This document shows positions 36,052 to 48,351 of a DNA stretch of 64,000 bases, one piece after another. The number at the start of each line of letters is the position of its first letter. Position 1 is the first letter of the stretch. A program made the position numbers and the translations under genes. Below the pieces are notes generated by a model. The model worked only from the letters and a program-made list of their open reading frames with translations, made no database searches and was not told the DNA's origin. The stretch is from Pristiophorus japonicus (taxonomy: Eukaryota). The stretch is from the NCBI RefSeq assembly GCF_044704955.1, contig NC_091980.1:293942001-294006000 (forward strand), read 5' to 3'.

Positions 36052-36138
36052 TTAGCTGGAAATCTGGACAGGGATCCTCCAGCAGAAGATGTCTTTGTCA
36101 TTTTCGTCCTTCAGCTCCCATTCAACCACCAATTTAAT
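36052..36138 (-). CDS. npc2: NPC2 copy A exon 4 (last coding exon)
   Basis: CAG acceptor; [31 protein letters not shown]. Confidence 0.97.
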   Translation of the reverse strand: MKLVVEWELKDENDKDIFCWRIPVQISS

Positions 36139-37622
36139 CTGGGGAAGGGGAAATGATAGAAGTCAGAAAGGTTTTATAAAACCACACACACATTAAGTCA
36201 TCAAAAAGTGCATCACATGTGCACATCTCTCAAAGCACTAGTTCAATTAATAACGTTAAAAATCACCATTTCATTCCAATCCTAAAAGTATATAGTTAAC
36301 AAATTATACCGATTCAGTCACTGCTATTCAAGTCACCATTTATCTGCTGTCCAGCACTATACCAGAGTGATAGTTGATCTGGGGTGTCCAAACTACAAGC
36401 GCCAGTTATTTGGCTTGCAAATCCCTGGTTCCTGAATCAGAACAGTCCACTTGTGGCTTTTAAACAAAGTGCATTCCTGCCCATGGTTTTGTGTTTTACT
36501 TCTGTTGGGCCAGTGGGTTGGAAAAGTTATTAGTCCGGCATTGGTGGATTAGAACCTACATTTTCCAAAATTGACCAGGTATACTAAATTCAAGCCATGC
36601 TGAAAGTAATTTATTTGCAGATGCAAGAGTAAGTACCACCAGATAACAAGTATTAACTGATTAATGGAGAGAAGACAGCCAGCAGGCACTCGTGGCAAAG
36701 AGTATCCAAGGACGCTACACTTGTTATGTGCAAGAACTTTAGGTCTATACTATATATTACAACTAAACAAATTTTCCACTTGAAGTATTCCCAGAGTTTT
36801 CTACTGTGACAGATTACATACCTACAAATCCAGTTTGAAAGCAAAAGGCCAGCCCAAGAAAGGCAAGAGTCTGCCCACCATCCCTCCCCTCCCAATATCA
36901 CATTCCATAACAGCTCCTCAATTTGAGAACAAATGGCAAAGACTAGTTAAGCTGACATATTTAAAGCAATATTACCTATTGGAGCTTTCCATTTTATTGG
37001 TCACACAACTACTCAGTTGTGCCACCAATAATACAGTTTTCTCATATCAAGAACAAGTGGGCCATCTAAAGCTTACCAGAGATTTTTCTGCACCTGCAGG
37101 GAGGTGAGCTCAGAACTACAGCTCTCTTTCGCACTAGTCTGAGGGCAGGATGGTCTAGGGAGTCAGTTGTTACAGCAGTGTGGGTTTGCCGTTTCTATCC
37201 AGCTCAGACAGGTGTCCAAGAGAGAAATACAGCACATCAAAATGTGCACCACCAATATGGAAGTCCTGTCAAGGCAGCAGTAGAAGTGATACTCAAAGCA
37301 CAGCTTTGTTGGATTAGCCACAGTATTTGGATGCTAGACAGTAGGCTTCTGAATTAAATATACTACAGCAAGCTGAAAATGGCAAAGGTTCCTGTAGTTC
37401 ACAGAAGGTTGCAGATACCTCAAAAAGAAAATCCATTATACAACATTCCACTGGCTAGGCTGCAGTGATACACCAACCTGCATTCGGAGTGTCTTTGGAA
37501 ACAAACTTAGTCAGTTGGTTAAAACACTCATTCATGCTGGTTGGAATGGATAGCAGAGATAAATAACTTGTAGACCAAACAGAATGATTAGGTACAAGGC
37601 ATGTTGTTAGGATGACACTTAC

Positions 37623-37795
37623 CGATGGGTATTCCATTTTTACCGGTAAGGAATTGATGTAGTGGTAGTTCTGATTGTTCCGGATGGGGCACTGAATTCC
37701 AGATTTACAACCATCGTCGTTGGGAATATTAAATGGAATTGGAATTCCACTCACGATACCATGAACTGCAGCCAAACTTGTTTGACTTGATGTTT
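37623..37795 (-). CDS. npc2: NPC2 copy A exon 3 (173 nt)
   Basis: AG/GT sites; [58 protein letters not shown]. Confidence 0.97.
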
Positions 37796-38604
37796 CTGAA
37801 GAAGGACAAATTACAACAGTTAGCTCTCATTTACTCAAGACTAAGGACATCACATTAAAAAAGTTACAGGCAGAGAGCAGAACACAGGGTCACACCTATA
37901 ATTCCATTCTCTGCCACTTGAGTGTTTAAGGGGAAAGCACAAAATATAGACAATAGGAAACGGTCACCCAGACCTTCTCTTGTATTTCCTAGCTGTTGCT
38001 TAGTTATATTAACCAAAAAGCATTTTTTAAATATTGCTCAAGCACTCAGGTCAATGACAGCTAGATGCAAATTAAATCTTTCTCCTTTTCATCCAGTCTT
38101 TCTTACTACACTTAGTATATACCATCCATTGGGATTTACTGGTTGAGCCTTTTGAACCAGACTAGGACATCCAATCATACTTTTAGAACCTTATACCGAG
38201 TTGTATGCTACTAGTGGCTTCTCCAATTTTCCTCCGATAACCATTTTGCTTTTCCAGTTCTGTCTGATGGAGGTTCCTGAACTTTCCAATAGTTTTCCTC
38301 ACTTTTTTCTACAGGATTTGTAGTTTGGTTTGCTACATTTCCCTTCATACATCCTCATCCATTTAGGAACACATTTATTTTTGCACCCAATATTCATCCT
38401 ACATGCTCAGTAGGAAGATACATTTATTTTCTTGCAAAAGAAAGCTGAATACGCAGGTGCATTTCCAGAATAATTTCAGATTTAACATTTATAAATAACT
38501 TGCATTGTCCATTTAATGTACAAAAGGCATCCCAAGGTGCTTCAGGGTGAAAACAATTTAAATATTTATTAATCTGCGAGGTATCCCAAATTATAAAATC
38601 GCTC

Positions 38605-38840
38605 AACCATTGATGGCCGTGCCTTCTGTTGCCTAGGCCCCAAGGTCTGGAATTTCCTGCCTAAACCTCTCCGCCTCTCTTTCCTCCTTTTAAGATGCCC
38701 CTTAAAGCCTACCTCTGAGCTTTTGGTCCAAATTTCTCCTTATGGTGACTCGGTGTCAAATTTTGTGTCTCATAAAATTCCTGTGAAGCACCTTGGAATG
38801 TTTTACTATGTTAAAGGTATTATATAAATACAAGTTGTTG
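38605..38840 (+). mobile_element. L2-like LINE 3' end
   Basis: ggccgtgccttc...ctaggccccaaggtctggaatt...cctgtgaagcaccttgg...tatataaatacaagttgttg. Confidence 0.7.
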
Positions 38841-38957
38841 TACATATTTGAGAAAAATGCCTTTTTTAAATAAATGTCCCAACAAGACAAGAACTAGTAG
38901 ACTGTGTGGAAAGGTTTATTCTTTTTAAGCTTTGCATTTTAAAATCAAGACACTTAC

Positions 38958-39065
38958 TGCTGGAAAAGGTAACATTCACAGCATAGGATTGTCCTTTGCG
39001 AAGTACACATGGCAGAGAGGGGCAGGGGGTGATATCCACTATAATAATTTTTCCAGCTGCAGATC
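38958..39065 (-). CDS. npc2: NPC2 copy A exon 2 (108 nt)
   Basis: AG/GT sites; [36 protein letters not shown]. Confidence 0.97.
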
Positions 39066-40228
39066 CTGTAATACAAGGGACAGTTGTCATCACAGAACTC
39101 AGACAGTTGCACAGATGAAAGAAGTTTGATGCATGAATGTATGGATTACTGCATAAAAGGTAAAGCACAGATGAGAGAAAATAGCAGTTCAATTTGTTTT
39201 AATAGGCTATTTCTGAAAGCAATTAGACCTGTCAGTGAACACCATCCCCTCTCCTTTCACCCCCACCGCACAGCAAGTCAGTTCCACATAACTTGAGTCC
39301 ACTTGTACAGTAGCAATCTCGAGCAAACCTCATAAGAAGCTACATGAAATTTTCCAAGTGTTGAGGTTCTAGACAAGGTCCCGTTAGCGCAGGTACTTCT
39401 AGGAGTCCTCTGCAGGTGGAATGAAAGACTGAAAATGGCATGTTCTTTTACAAATCCACCTGAGTAACATCTGTGGATATTGCTTACAGGGACCATACCA
39501 CTCACCAAATTGTGAACACAAACAAGCACAAGATTTTAAATCACCAATATTTAAGGGCTACTGACTATATTTTAACCAGATGACCCATGACTAGCAGCCC
39601 ATTCTTGTTTGGGTGATCAAGAAGTCTGATCTAAATATAAAGTTTCTTTTTAAATGTACAAGCACAGGAGGGGGAAAAGTTGCTCTATGGTCTGCTAACT
39701 GTGCATATTTTCATCAAAACAAAGATTTCTGCCAGCTCTCATCAGAGAGAAGATGTGGCAATCAGAAATTTATAGCACGGAAGGAGGTAATTTTGGCCCA
39801 TCGTGTCCGCACCGGCCAGTGTACGAAAGCCAAGCATAAATTCTTCAGACACAGGACAACCTGGAACTTGCACAAGGTTGTTTGTGGGCATCTACTAGTG
39901 TAGAGCTTTCTGGTACCAGGAGCCATAACATAAGCCTCTCAAAACAGAAGACGACAACTTTGACTTCACAGGTCCTATTTTTTTTGGGGGGGGGGGGGGG
40001 GGGGGGGAAAATAGAAAGAGGAAAAAATATTTAAGTTGTTAACAGTTCATTTTTAGGAGTTTGAATTTTTCATGCGTGCAGCTCAATGATATGCAGTGTG
40101 ACAGGCACAAGACTGTACTACAGGAACTAAACCTCAAGACATTATAATGGGTTAGTTAGTAACAGAAGCATAACCAGCACAGCAATAATCACAGTGGTTT
40201 TAAACAAGGGGAGAGCTTGCAATTTCTC

Positions 40229-41354
40229 ATTTATGAAGTGCCTGTCACCAGCTCAGGATGTCCCAAAGCAAAAGTGCTTCAATTGAGCCAAGTCAGCAAC
40301 CTATGATTTTTATAATGCATTTGATTCTCTTCTGCTAAAAAGGGTAGAGTTAATATTTCTGTGATTTATTTTTGAAATATAGTAAGAGTTTAGCTTTCTG
40401 CTAAAATCAGAATTTATCTCTGTAGTATGCCACCTTTTGAAAAAGAGTATCTGTATACATGCAGGTACTGGGGGACGAGATGTGAAGTAGAAATAATGAT
40501 TGGCAAAATCTCTACAACGTTTTAAAATCTTGGGCTCTTATTGTCTTGAACAGTGTCTTCATTGAATGTCAGTTTTAGTATTTCATTATAAGCAAGCAGT
40601 TTGATGGGGCTATTGCATCAAGTGTCCATTAGCTCTCCCGAGAGAATTAATATTTCCTTGCAGGATTTTATTTGTTTGGAACTTTTTGTGGGTTACTGCC
40701 AAATTACAGAAAAGTTTCAGGTGGGACTCAGAAAAAGCCAAAACAAAAAAGTGAAAACTTTGAATTAAAGTGTTAACCCACCCACTTTTCAGATCTTTAG
40801 TTATACAGGGTTTCTGGAAGCTAAGAGTTTGTTTGATATTCGAGTCCCATCAGAAACTTTTCTGAAATTTGGCAGTAACCCACAAAAATCTCCAAAAAAA
40901 TAAAACTCTGCAAAGAAATATTAATTCTCTAGGGAGAGCTAATGGGCACTTGATGCACCAGCCCCATCAAACAGTTTGATGGAACGCTAAAACTGACATT
41001 CAATGAAGACACTGTTCAAGACAATAAGAGCCCAAGACTTTAAAACTTTGTAGAGATTTTGCCAATCATTATTTCTACTTCACATCTCGTGCCCCCAAAC
41101 CCCCAGTACCTGCATGTAGACAGATGCTCTTTAAAAAGGTGGCTTTCAAAAGGTGGCATACTACAGATAAATTCTGATTTTAGCAGAAAGTTACTCCATT
41201 TCAAAAATAAATCACGGAAAATATTAACTCTAACCTTTAGCAGAAGAGAATCAAATGCATTATAAAAATCATAATGGAGATAGGTGCCAGAGTTGGCTCA
41301 GTTGAAGCACTTTCGCTTTGGGACATCCTGAGCTGGTGACAGGCGCTTCATAAA
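40229..41354. repeat. Long inverted repeat: arms 40229-40729 and 40842-41354, 112-nt spacer
   Basis: Arms align end to end as reverse complements with short indels, including a perfect block of ~50 nt (tcttgggctcttattgtcttgaacagtgtcttcattgaatgtcagttttag). Confidence 0.95.
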
Positions 41355-41471
41355 ATGCCAGCGCTTTCCTTTAGAGGCTTGAAGGATCTCAGAAGAACCG
41401 TGATTCACAGAATAGCAGCTTCTTTCCACAAGTTATTTTATTTCAAAAGGGGGGGGAATCCTTTCACTCAC

Positions 41472-41568
41472 CGCAGTCCTTAAACTTCACCGGCTGGGCT
41501 CCACACAGAGCCCCCAGGGCCAGGAGGGCGGCCAGCAGCCCGCACCGCACCGTCTCCATCGCCATCAT
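41472..41568 (-). CDS. npc2: NPC2 copy A exon 1 (signal peptide)
   Basis: MMAMETVRCGLLAALLALGALCGAQPVKFKDC+G then GTGAGT donor; 154-aa product; which of three close ATGs is used is uncertain. Confidence 0.95.
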
Positions 41569-42341
41569 CCCGGGCTGACAGGGGGAGAAGCTAAGCAGCG
41601 GAGGGCTCGAGTCGGGGCGGCTTAAGAAGCCCAATTCCCGGCTTCACCCGAGCTCCAACCCACCCCTGGGCGGGCCCATAGGGTGGGCGGGAGGACTGAT
41701 GGGGTGATAGCCCGCCCATCCTAAAGCAGAGAGGGAGGAGGGGAGGAGGAGGCTGGAGAACAGCGGCACCATTGACTCGCTCCTGCTCCGCGGGCTCCAT
41801 TTTGTTTCACTCGCTGCCCTCGTCCTGTGCTCGTGGCGCGGCCGGAACCGCCTCAACATGAGCGAACATTGACTGGAATACTTTTGAATATTTAAATTTA
41901 TATCCTATACAATCGCTATTTAAAAAGAAAAAAAATAAGTATTAAAAATGCTTTTTTTTTTAAATGCTCCGCTCATTTGCCCAAGGTCGTGCAGTTACGG
42001 TCTTCGCTTCACGGCGTGCGTAACTGGCTCCCGCCGCCAATCCTCTACTTTAATTGACAGGAGAAAAAGCCAATCAAACCGCGCCGCTCCCCGGCGCAAT
42101 CCAATCACTGTCGTCCCTCAGACCCGCTGCCCACTGCACCCACAGAGGAGGCGGGATAACGCGGCGGTTGTGACGGGCGTGCGCAGTACCCAATGGAGAT
42201 CGCCGCTTTTAAAAAAAAACCCGGCGTGCGTTTGCGCCAATGGAGAGGCGGTTGCGGGGCGGTACTTCCGGTGGCTGTCGTTGGGTTGCTTTTTTGGGAA
42301 GGGGTTGAGGTTAGGGGTCGCCTTGGTTACCCAGGGGCAAG
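41569..42341. promoter_or_regulatory. Bidirectional CpG-island promoter shared by NPC2-A and ISCA2
   Basis: 773 nt between divergent ATGs; five CCAAT boxes (~42037-42241), GC boxes, ETS-type acttccggt (~42264), AT-rich spacer ~41875-41965. Confidence 0.85.
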
Positions 42342-42406
42342 ATGACAGCAGCCGGGCTGGTGAGGAAAGGCCTGCTGTCAGCTGCTGTTGAGCTTTGCTG
42401 GAGAAG
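42342..42406 (+). CDS. isca2: ISCA2 exon 1 (start of mitochondrial presequence)
   Basis: aagATG; MTAAGLVRKGLLSAAVELCWR+AG then GTGAGC donor; phase 2 matches exon 2; inside the CpG island. Confidence 0.8.
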
Positions 42407-42594
42407 GTGAGCAACGGTAACTGTGAAAAGCCTCTTGCTTGTCATTTATAGTTAAGTCGGATCAGCGCCCTCCAAACAGGTCATGTTCACAGAGGACTCT
42501 TGTGGACGAGCCTGCATCACTGGGACAGCTACCTCTCCATCAGCTCTGAAGTGACAGAATAAAAACACTGGCCGTTCTCTTCTTTAGATACATT

Positions 42595-43012
42595 TTAGCT
42601 ATGAGGAAAGACTGAGTAGGCTGTGACTGTTTGTTTTCTTTGGAACAGAGGAGCCTGAGGGGAGACCTAATTGAAGTCTATAAAATTATGAAGGGCCTAG
42701 ATAGGGTGGATAGGAAGGACCTGTTTCCCTTAGCAGAGGGGTCAACAACCAGAGGCACAGATTTAAAGTACTTGGTGGGAGGTTTAGACAGGACATTTTT
42801 TCACTTGGAGGGAACTCGCTACCTGAAAGGGTGGTAGAGGCAGAAACCCTCACCACATTTTTAAAAGTACCTGGATATGCACTTAAAGTGCCGTAACCTA
42901 CAAGGCTACGGACCAAGAGTTGGAAAGTGGGATTAGGCTGGATAGCTCTTGGTCGGCCGGCACGGACACAATGGGCCGAAATGGCCTCCTTCCGTGCCGT
43001 AAATTTCTATGA
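42595..43012 (+). mobile_element. CR1 3'-end fragment (second subfamily)
   Basis: FSLEQRSLRGDLIEVYKIMKGLDRVD; tail aatttctatgattct. Confidence 0.85.
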
Positions 43013-43909
43013 TTCTTTGAAAGGCTGACATTAGGAATGGGCTCCAATTTGAGATTGCTCTTTTTTTGGTGGACATTGGAAATATCTTTATCTGGACATT
43101 GGAAATCCAGAGCCAATTTTTAAAAAATGATTGCCCTCCGCACCTTTTCTCTGTTTTATCTCAGAGATATTAGTTATTAACATTTTCAGTGAGCTTTCAT
43201 CATTGGTAAAAGAGAAGCAAGCCAGGTTTTCAGATCCCAATTCGTATGCACTTGTTATCAAACCAGTGTGGAACTTGCACTTTATTTGATCAAATCATTT
43301 CATACATCATCTGAATTGAAGCTTAAGATCAAATTGATTTTGTTCCACAGTTGCGGACGAGTCGTAGTGTTGCGGTATTGCCAATGGCAAACTTGATGCA
43401 ACTGCCAGTGTGACTAGTCTTGTGTGTGACCACCTCTGTCACTATTGATTGTGCCTGCTTGCTGCAGAAAGTCACAGCTTTGACAGTAGTTTTTCATTAA
43501 AATAAAACCATACTGGGAAATGTTAGAAATTATATATATAATGTAAAATAAGTGAGGCTGATTGTAAATCCATTTTAATATGTTTATTTTTACAAGTGAG
43601 ATGTGTGAAAAATGTAATTTTTAAACCAACATGGAGTCTTGCACTGTGAACTTGGGTTTCTTGTCACGTTTTTAAAAGTAGCTAACATTACAAGCTCTTC
43701 ATTTAAAATATAGTATATAAGTATGTTGAGAACAAATTGATATTGGCATATAGTTGCTAAAATCTAACTATATCAACTGCTGAAGCAAGCCACACAATAT
43801 TACTGGAACTGAAGAAATATGCTGCGTTCCACATGAATGGGCACAACCCAAATATCGTTTGCTTATTCTGAACAACAGCCATTGAACTGACCTCCTTGGC
43901 ACTCATTCA

Positions 43910-43968
43910 CATCATTTGGCCTTGTTTTATCATTTGGCCTTGTTTTATCATTTGGCCTTGTTTTATCG
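43910..43968. repeat. 18-bp tandem repeat x3 (atcatttggccttgtttt)
   Basis: Three consecutive exact units. Confidence 0.9.
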
Positions 43969-46900
43969 CTCGGCCTTCACATTGCTAGTGCAGAACCTGG
44001 ACTTGAACTTTTACTTCAGTTTGCCCACTTGCTCAACATTGCAGTTACTGGAAGCTTTGTGGCTTGGTTATTTAAAGAACTATCTACAGCACGAGAGAGT
44101 CAAAAAGGCTAAGATATTTTAAAAACTCCAAATACTTGCATGAAAATTAAAAAAATACACACACTCCTCTCTTGGGTTGCATTTATATTGAAACTATTAT
44201 TCCAAACAGGCAACACCTTGTTTATACTGCAAAATTTCAACTGGAGTTCTGCACAGGAGAAGACTTTACACTTGAATCCGTACTTGCATTCATCCTTACA
44301 CACAGTTTACATTTACATTTAAATTGATTCCAGATAAGTTCTCAAGAGATCCAAAGGACCACTTGAGCACTGTTTAAAGCAGATTTGACATCACACGGGT
44401 TATATTCCCATATACTGTCAAAACTCCAAACCGTATGAGAATGCCCCCTTCAGTGGAGGTCTGTCCACGACTCCATAACTTTAGTATTGTTGTAAAGTGG
44501 AAAATGAAACCACTTTGTAACCTAAGTGTACTATTGTATTTCTGTGTGGGTTGGGGTGTATGTGGAAATCCATTCTTATTATTACATTCCATCGAATTCA
44601 ATTCTTAGTTGATTGTTGTGTCACTTTCTTATACTGCTTAACTCAATGCTAACCCAGCAGTCTGCAAAATGTAGCCTTCAACTGGGACTGTTTCACAGAC
44701 AGAGTGTGGAATGTAGTATGTACAGTGATCTATAAGAAATCTGTAGACTAATTTTTTTTAAGAGTGGAGAAATTTAAACACTTAATACTTTCAGTACCAA
44801 AAGCTGTAGGACATTGCACTGTGAACCAGCTAACCGTGGATTTATACTTGAGTGCATTTTCATTAAGCTAAAGGTTTGAAACTCCAGTATTTCTGCCACC
44901 TCTTATTAGTCAGCACTTCTTTTTTTTTTAGCTGAGAAACCAAGGCGAAATGCCCATAGCATAGAACACTACCAAGGATAAAATAAATAGGAGAAAGGCA
45001 GTATAAATTAAGAGGTGATGACCAACAGATGCCAAACTTACATTTTAAAATTTTTAACACTGGGAGGACAGAAAGGGAGATAAACAGTTCCACAATTTTG
45101 AGTTCTTGGGGAAATTGAGTTAGAGTAAGGCTTGCCATAGCCTAGCGATTGTGATACAGAGGTCACAAGTTAAAATCCACCGCATCAGCAAATTGTGAAA
45201 TTGAATTCAATAAATCTGGTCATATGTGGGCTAGCATCAGAAATGACCATGAAAGCTGCCAGATTGATGAGAAATCCAATTGATTCACAAATGTCCTATC
45301 ACTAATGTCTGGCCTGCATGCCATGCATCCACATCCAAGAAGAAATAAAATGAATGAGGTGATCTTAAATCTGGATTTCAGCACTCAAATTAGGTAGCAA
45401 GAAAAGCGCAGGATGGCTTATTTTGAGTTAAAGGGACAAGAGAAAAAAGTCCAGTGAAGCACTGAGCAATGTTGATTTTAAATTGGAGAGAATGACAGTG
45501 GTCAGAGGCTAGTGGGATCAACGTACATTCTTTATCTGGTATCCTGACCATAATGTTTCCTACACTACAACTGTGAATACACTTCAACAGTATTATATTG
45601 GCTGTAAAGCACTTTGGTACACCCGGAGGTTGTGAAAGGCGCCCTCAGGATGCCTCAGAGTCTTTCTTTCTGAGGTGTATGAGGGAACAATTAGAATTGA
45701 CTTTATATACTCAAGTCTTGGGCAGATTTAGCATTTTAAAAGAGTTGCTGAAGGAAAAAAAATGATACTGGTGAAGGGGAAATCAGCCATATTTGCATTG
45801 GAAATGTGAGAGTTCTATTTGAGATGAGCAGGGACACAAGACGGTAATAAATGAGCACAAGAAATAGGAGCTGGGGTAGGCCATTCAGCCCTTTGAATCA
45901 AAGAAAGGACTTAGGATAGAGTCATCAATGATTAAGAAGCAATTGGTTGCACTTGTGGAAAAACTGTCTGAAATTTAACTGGAAGACACACAAGATTTTC
46001 ATTGCCCTATTGTGGGACATGGAGATGTAGTGGGGAGAAATTTATATGTGTGCACCTGTTTCTTTGGGGAATCAAATGCTCGCTGTGTATACCAATTTTT
46101 GGGTGTGAGATCCTGGGACCAATCTGAGCTGTCAGTATGGCCACCACGATATAGAAACATAGAAAATAGGTGCAGGAGTAGGCCATTCGGCCCTTCGAGC
46201 CTGCACTGTTTCTTATAGACATCCCTGGCGACCAGCATTGGCCCAATTTAAATATGCACGTTCCAACTAGTTCTTCCAGTTCTCCAGCAGCTGAGCCAGT
46301 GGTCTCTCTAGGGACCGCTGATGGCCACAGGGAAAAAAAAAGCCAGTAATTATTTTTAATGTGGTGCTGGGGAGGAGCAAGGAATATTATACACCCCACC
46401 ACCCCCTGCTCCACAGCACTGCTGGCTGCCTGCGATCACGTTCTGCCATTCTCCTTCTCCCCATCCTCACACTTGTCACTGCCAGAGAGACAGACAGCCC
46501 AAATTGATCCCTTAGGGAGTGCCGGTTATTAAGATGAGGCCCAAAGACAAATTCGGGACATTCTTGGACCATCTGCTCTGGGCACATGCTGCTGATTCAG
46601 CTATTAGAGAGGACCGAATGAGAGCACTCTGGAGGAAGTAACTGAATATAGAATGGAATCATCAGCAAATAAGTAGACTGGGTGAAGCGGGTCATTGATC
46701 TGAAGGAGCAGCATTAGGGATCATATAAAAGTTCTACAGCGTTAAAGGAAAAAGTGTCAATAGGTTTATAAATGAGAATATAGTTTAATAGGGAAGAAGG
46801 AAGAGTATTTTCATCTGTGTAATTTCAACAAACTTATATTATTCTGCCTTGTAGAAAGTAGTTCTTCCTGCTGAAGATTCTGCATTTCTGCTCTCCTATC

Positions 46901-47334
46901 CAGAGTAACTCTAGTGATCTAGGTTACATCTATACAGACTCTGCTGGAAAGTAGTGCTTGGGTCCAGCTGCCATAGAATGCAGCCATAACCTAATTCAGA
47001 GTAGCTCTGGTATAGAGGAGGGAAATGAAATAGAGGATCAAAAGATCTCTGGTAACAATGATGTTTGTTTTGTAGTTGTAATAATCTAGGAGGCAATTGC
47101 TTAATATGGAAAGAGTATTTCAAAGTAGACACCACAGATGCATGATATGAATGTGGGATGTTAACATATGGCTGACTACACAATTATTTGCATTATTAAA
47201 GCAGCAAAATTCTGCATTTTAACACGTTTGGTTTGTTTCAGGATTCGGACTACAATGCAGCATAATCTTTATTTCCAAAGACCAAAGACTGGGGATGGAC
47301 AGGAAGGGGCACAGAAATTCTATGTAAATAAAGA

Positions 47335-47525
47335 AAGGACTTGCATTTATATTGCGCCGTCACAACATTGGGGCATCCCAAAGTGCTTTACTGCCAACGA
47401 AGTACTTTCTGAGGTTGTAGTCACTGTTGTAATGTAGAAAATGCGGCAGCCATATTGTACACAGCAAGCTCCCACAAATTGCAGTGTAATAGTGTCCAGA
47501 TCGCTTGTTTTGGTGATGTTGGTTG
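47335..47525 (-). mobile_element. SINE 3' tail fragment
   Basis: gacttgcatttatattgcgcc...aagtact...cacagcaagctcccacaaa. Confidence 0.7.
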
Positions 47526-48351
47526 CAAGGCCATATGTTTCAGAATTTACCTTCAGGTTTCAGTTAAGCTTTGCTTTTTGGGAGTTTGAAATATTGCTGT
47601 GTACTATAAAACACAAAACAGAATGTACTGAACAGTGCTGATAGTGAAACACAAAGCAACTGTCATGGAGCACTGTGTTAAAGGGGAGCAGAAGTAACTC
47701 TTGTCCCGCCAGAGTCCTTGATTTTTAATTTTTAAAGTTGCTTATTTCTCGCCCATTTTTTGGTCCCTAATGATTCCGTTTAGCAATCGCTCTCTTCCTC
47801 TTTCCCCCCCCTCCCCCCCCACCACCACTCACTCATTGCATGTCTGTAAATTCTGAGGATCCGTGCATTATAAAGGGACCGAGTCCAAGCCTTTCGTAAA
47901 ACTTGTAGTACTTTCTCTTTTGAATCCATAAGGTTTCTAAAGGGATCTAGTAAATACCTGTTGACCAGTTTCATTTTAACTTTCCTTTTTTAGGGTACCT
48001 TAAGGGGTACATCACAAATTGATTCTGTAAAGAGTTATGTTACAGGAACTTTTTAAATAGACAGGAAGTGATTGTAAATTAATCATGTTCCTGATATAGG
48101 GTGGTTGTATATCACAGATTTGTTTAGCCTGTGGGACCCTGTCACCTAATTGTACTTCACCATAATCAAGCCTGATATTTCAGTGTAGTGTTGAGGCCGT
48201 GCTACATTGTCTATCAGATGAGACCCACCTGCTTCTTGACGTGGATATAAAATATTCTATGGCACTATTTGGAAAACGAGCAGGGAAATTCTCTTCATAT
48301 CCTGGCCAACATTTATCTTTCAAACAGCACTGCAAAACACATTAATTGACT

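Noticed and set aside
39715-39750. CTGATGA...GAAA on the minus strand as a hammerhead ribozyme
   Set aside because: The intervening gagctggca cannot form stem II.
43910-43968. Short direct repeats as CRISPR-like array
   Set aside because: Head-to-tail 18-bp units without spacers, in eukaryotic DNA.
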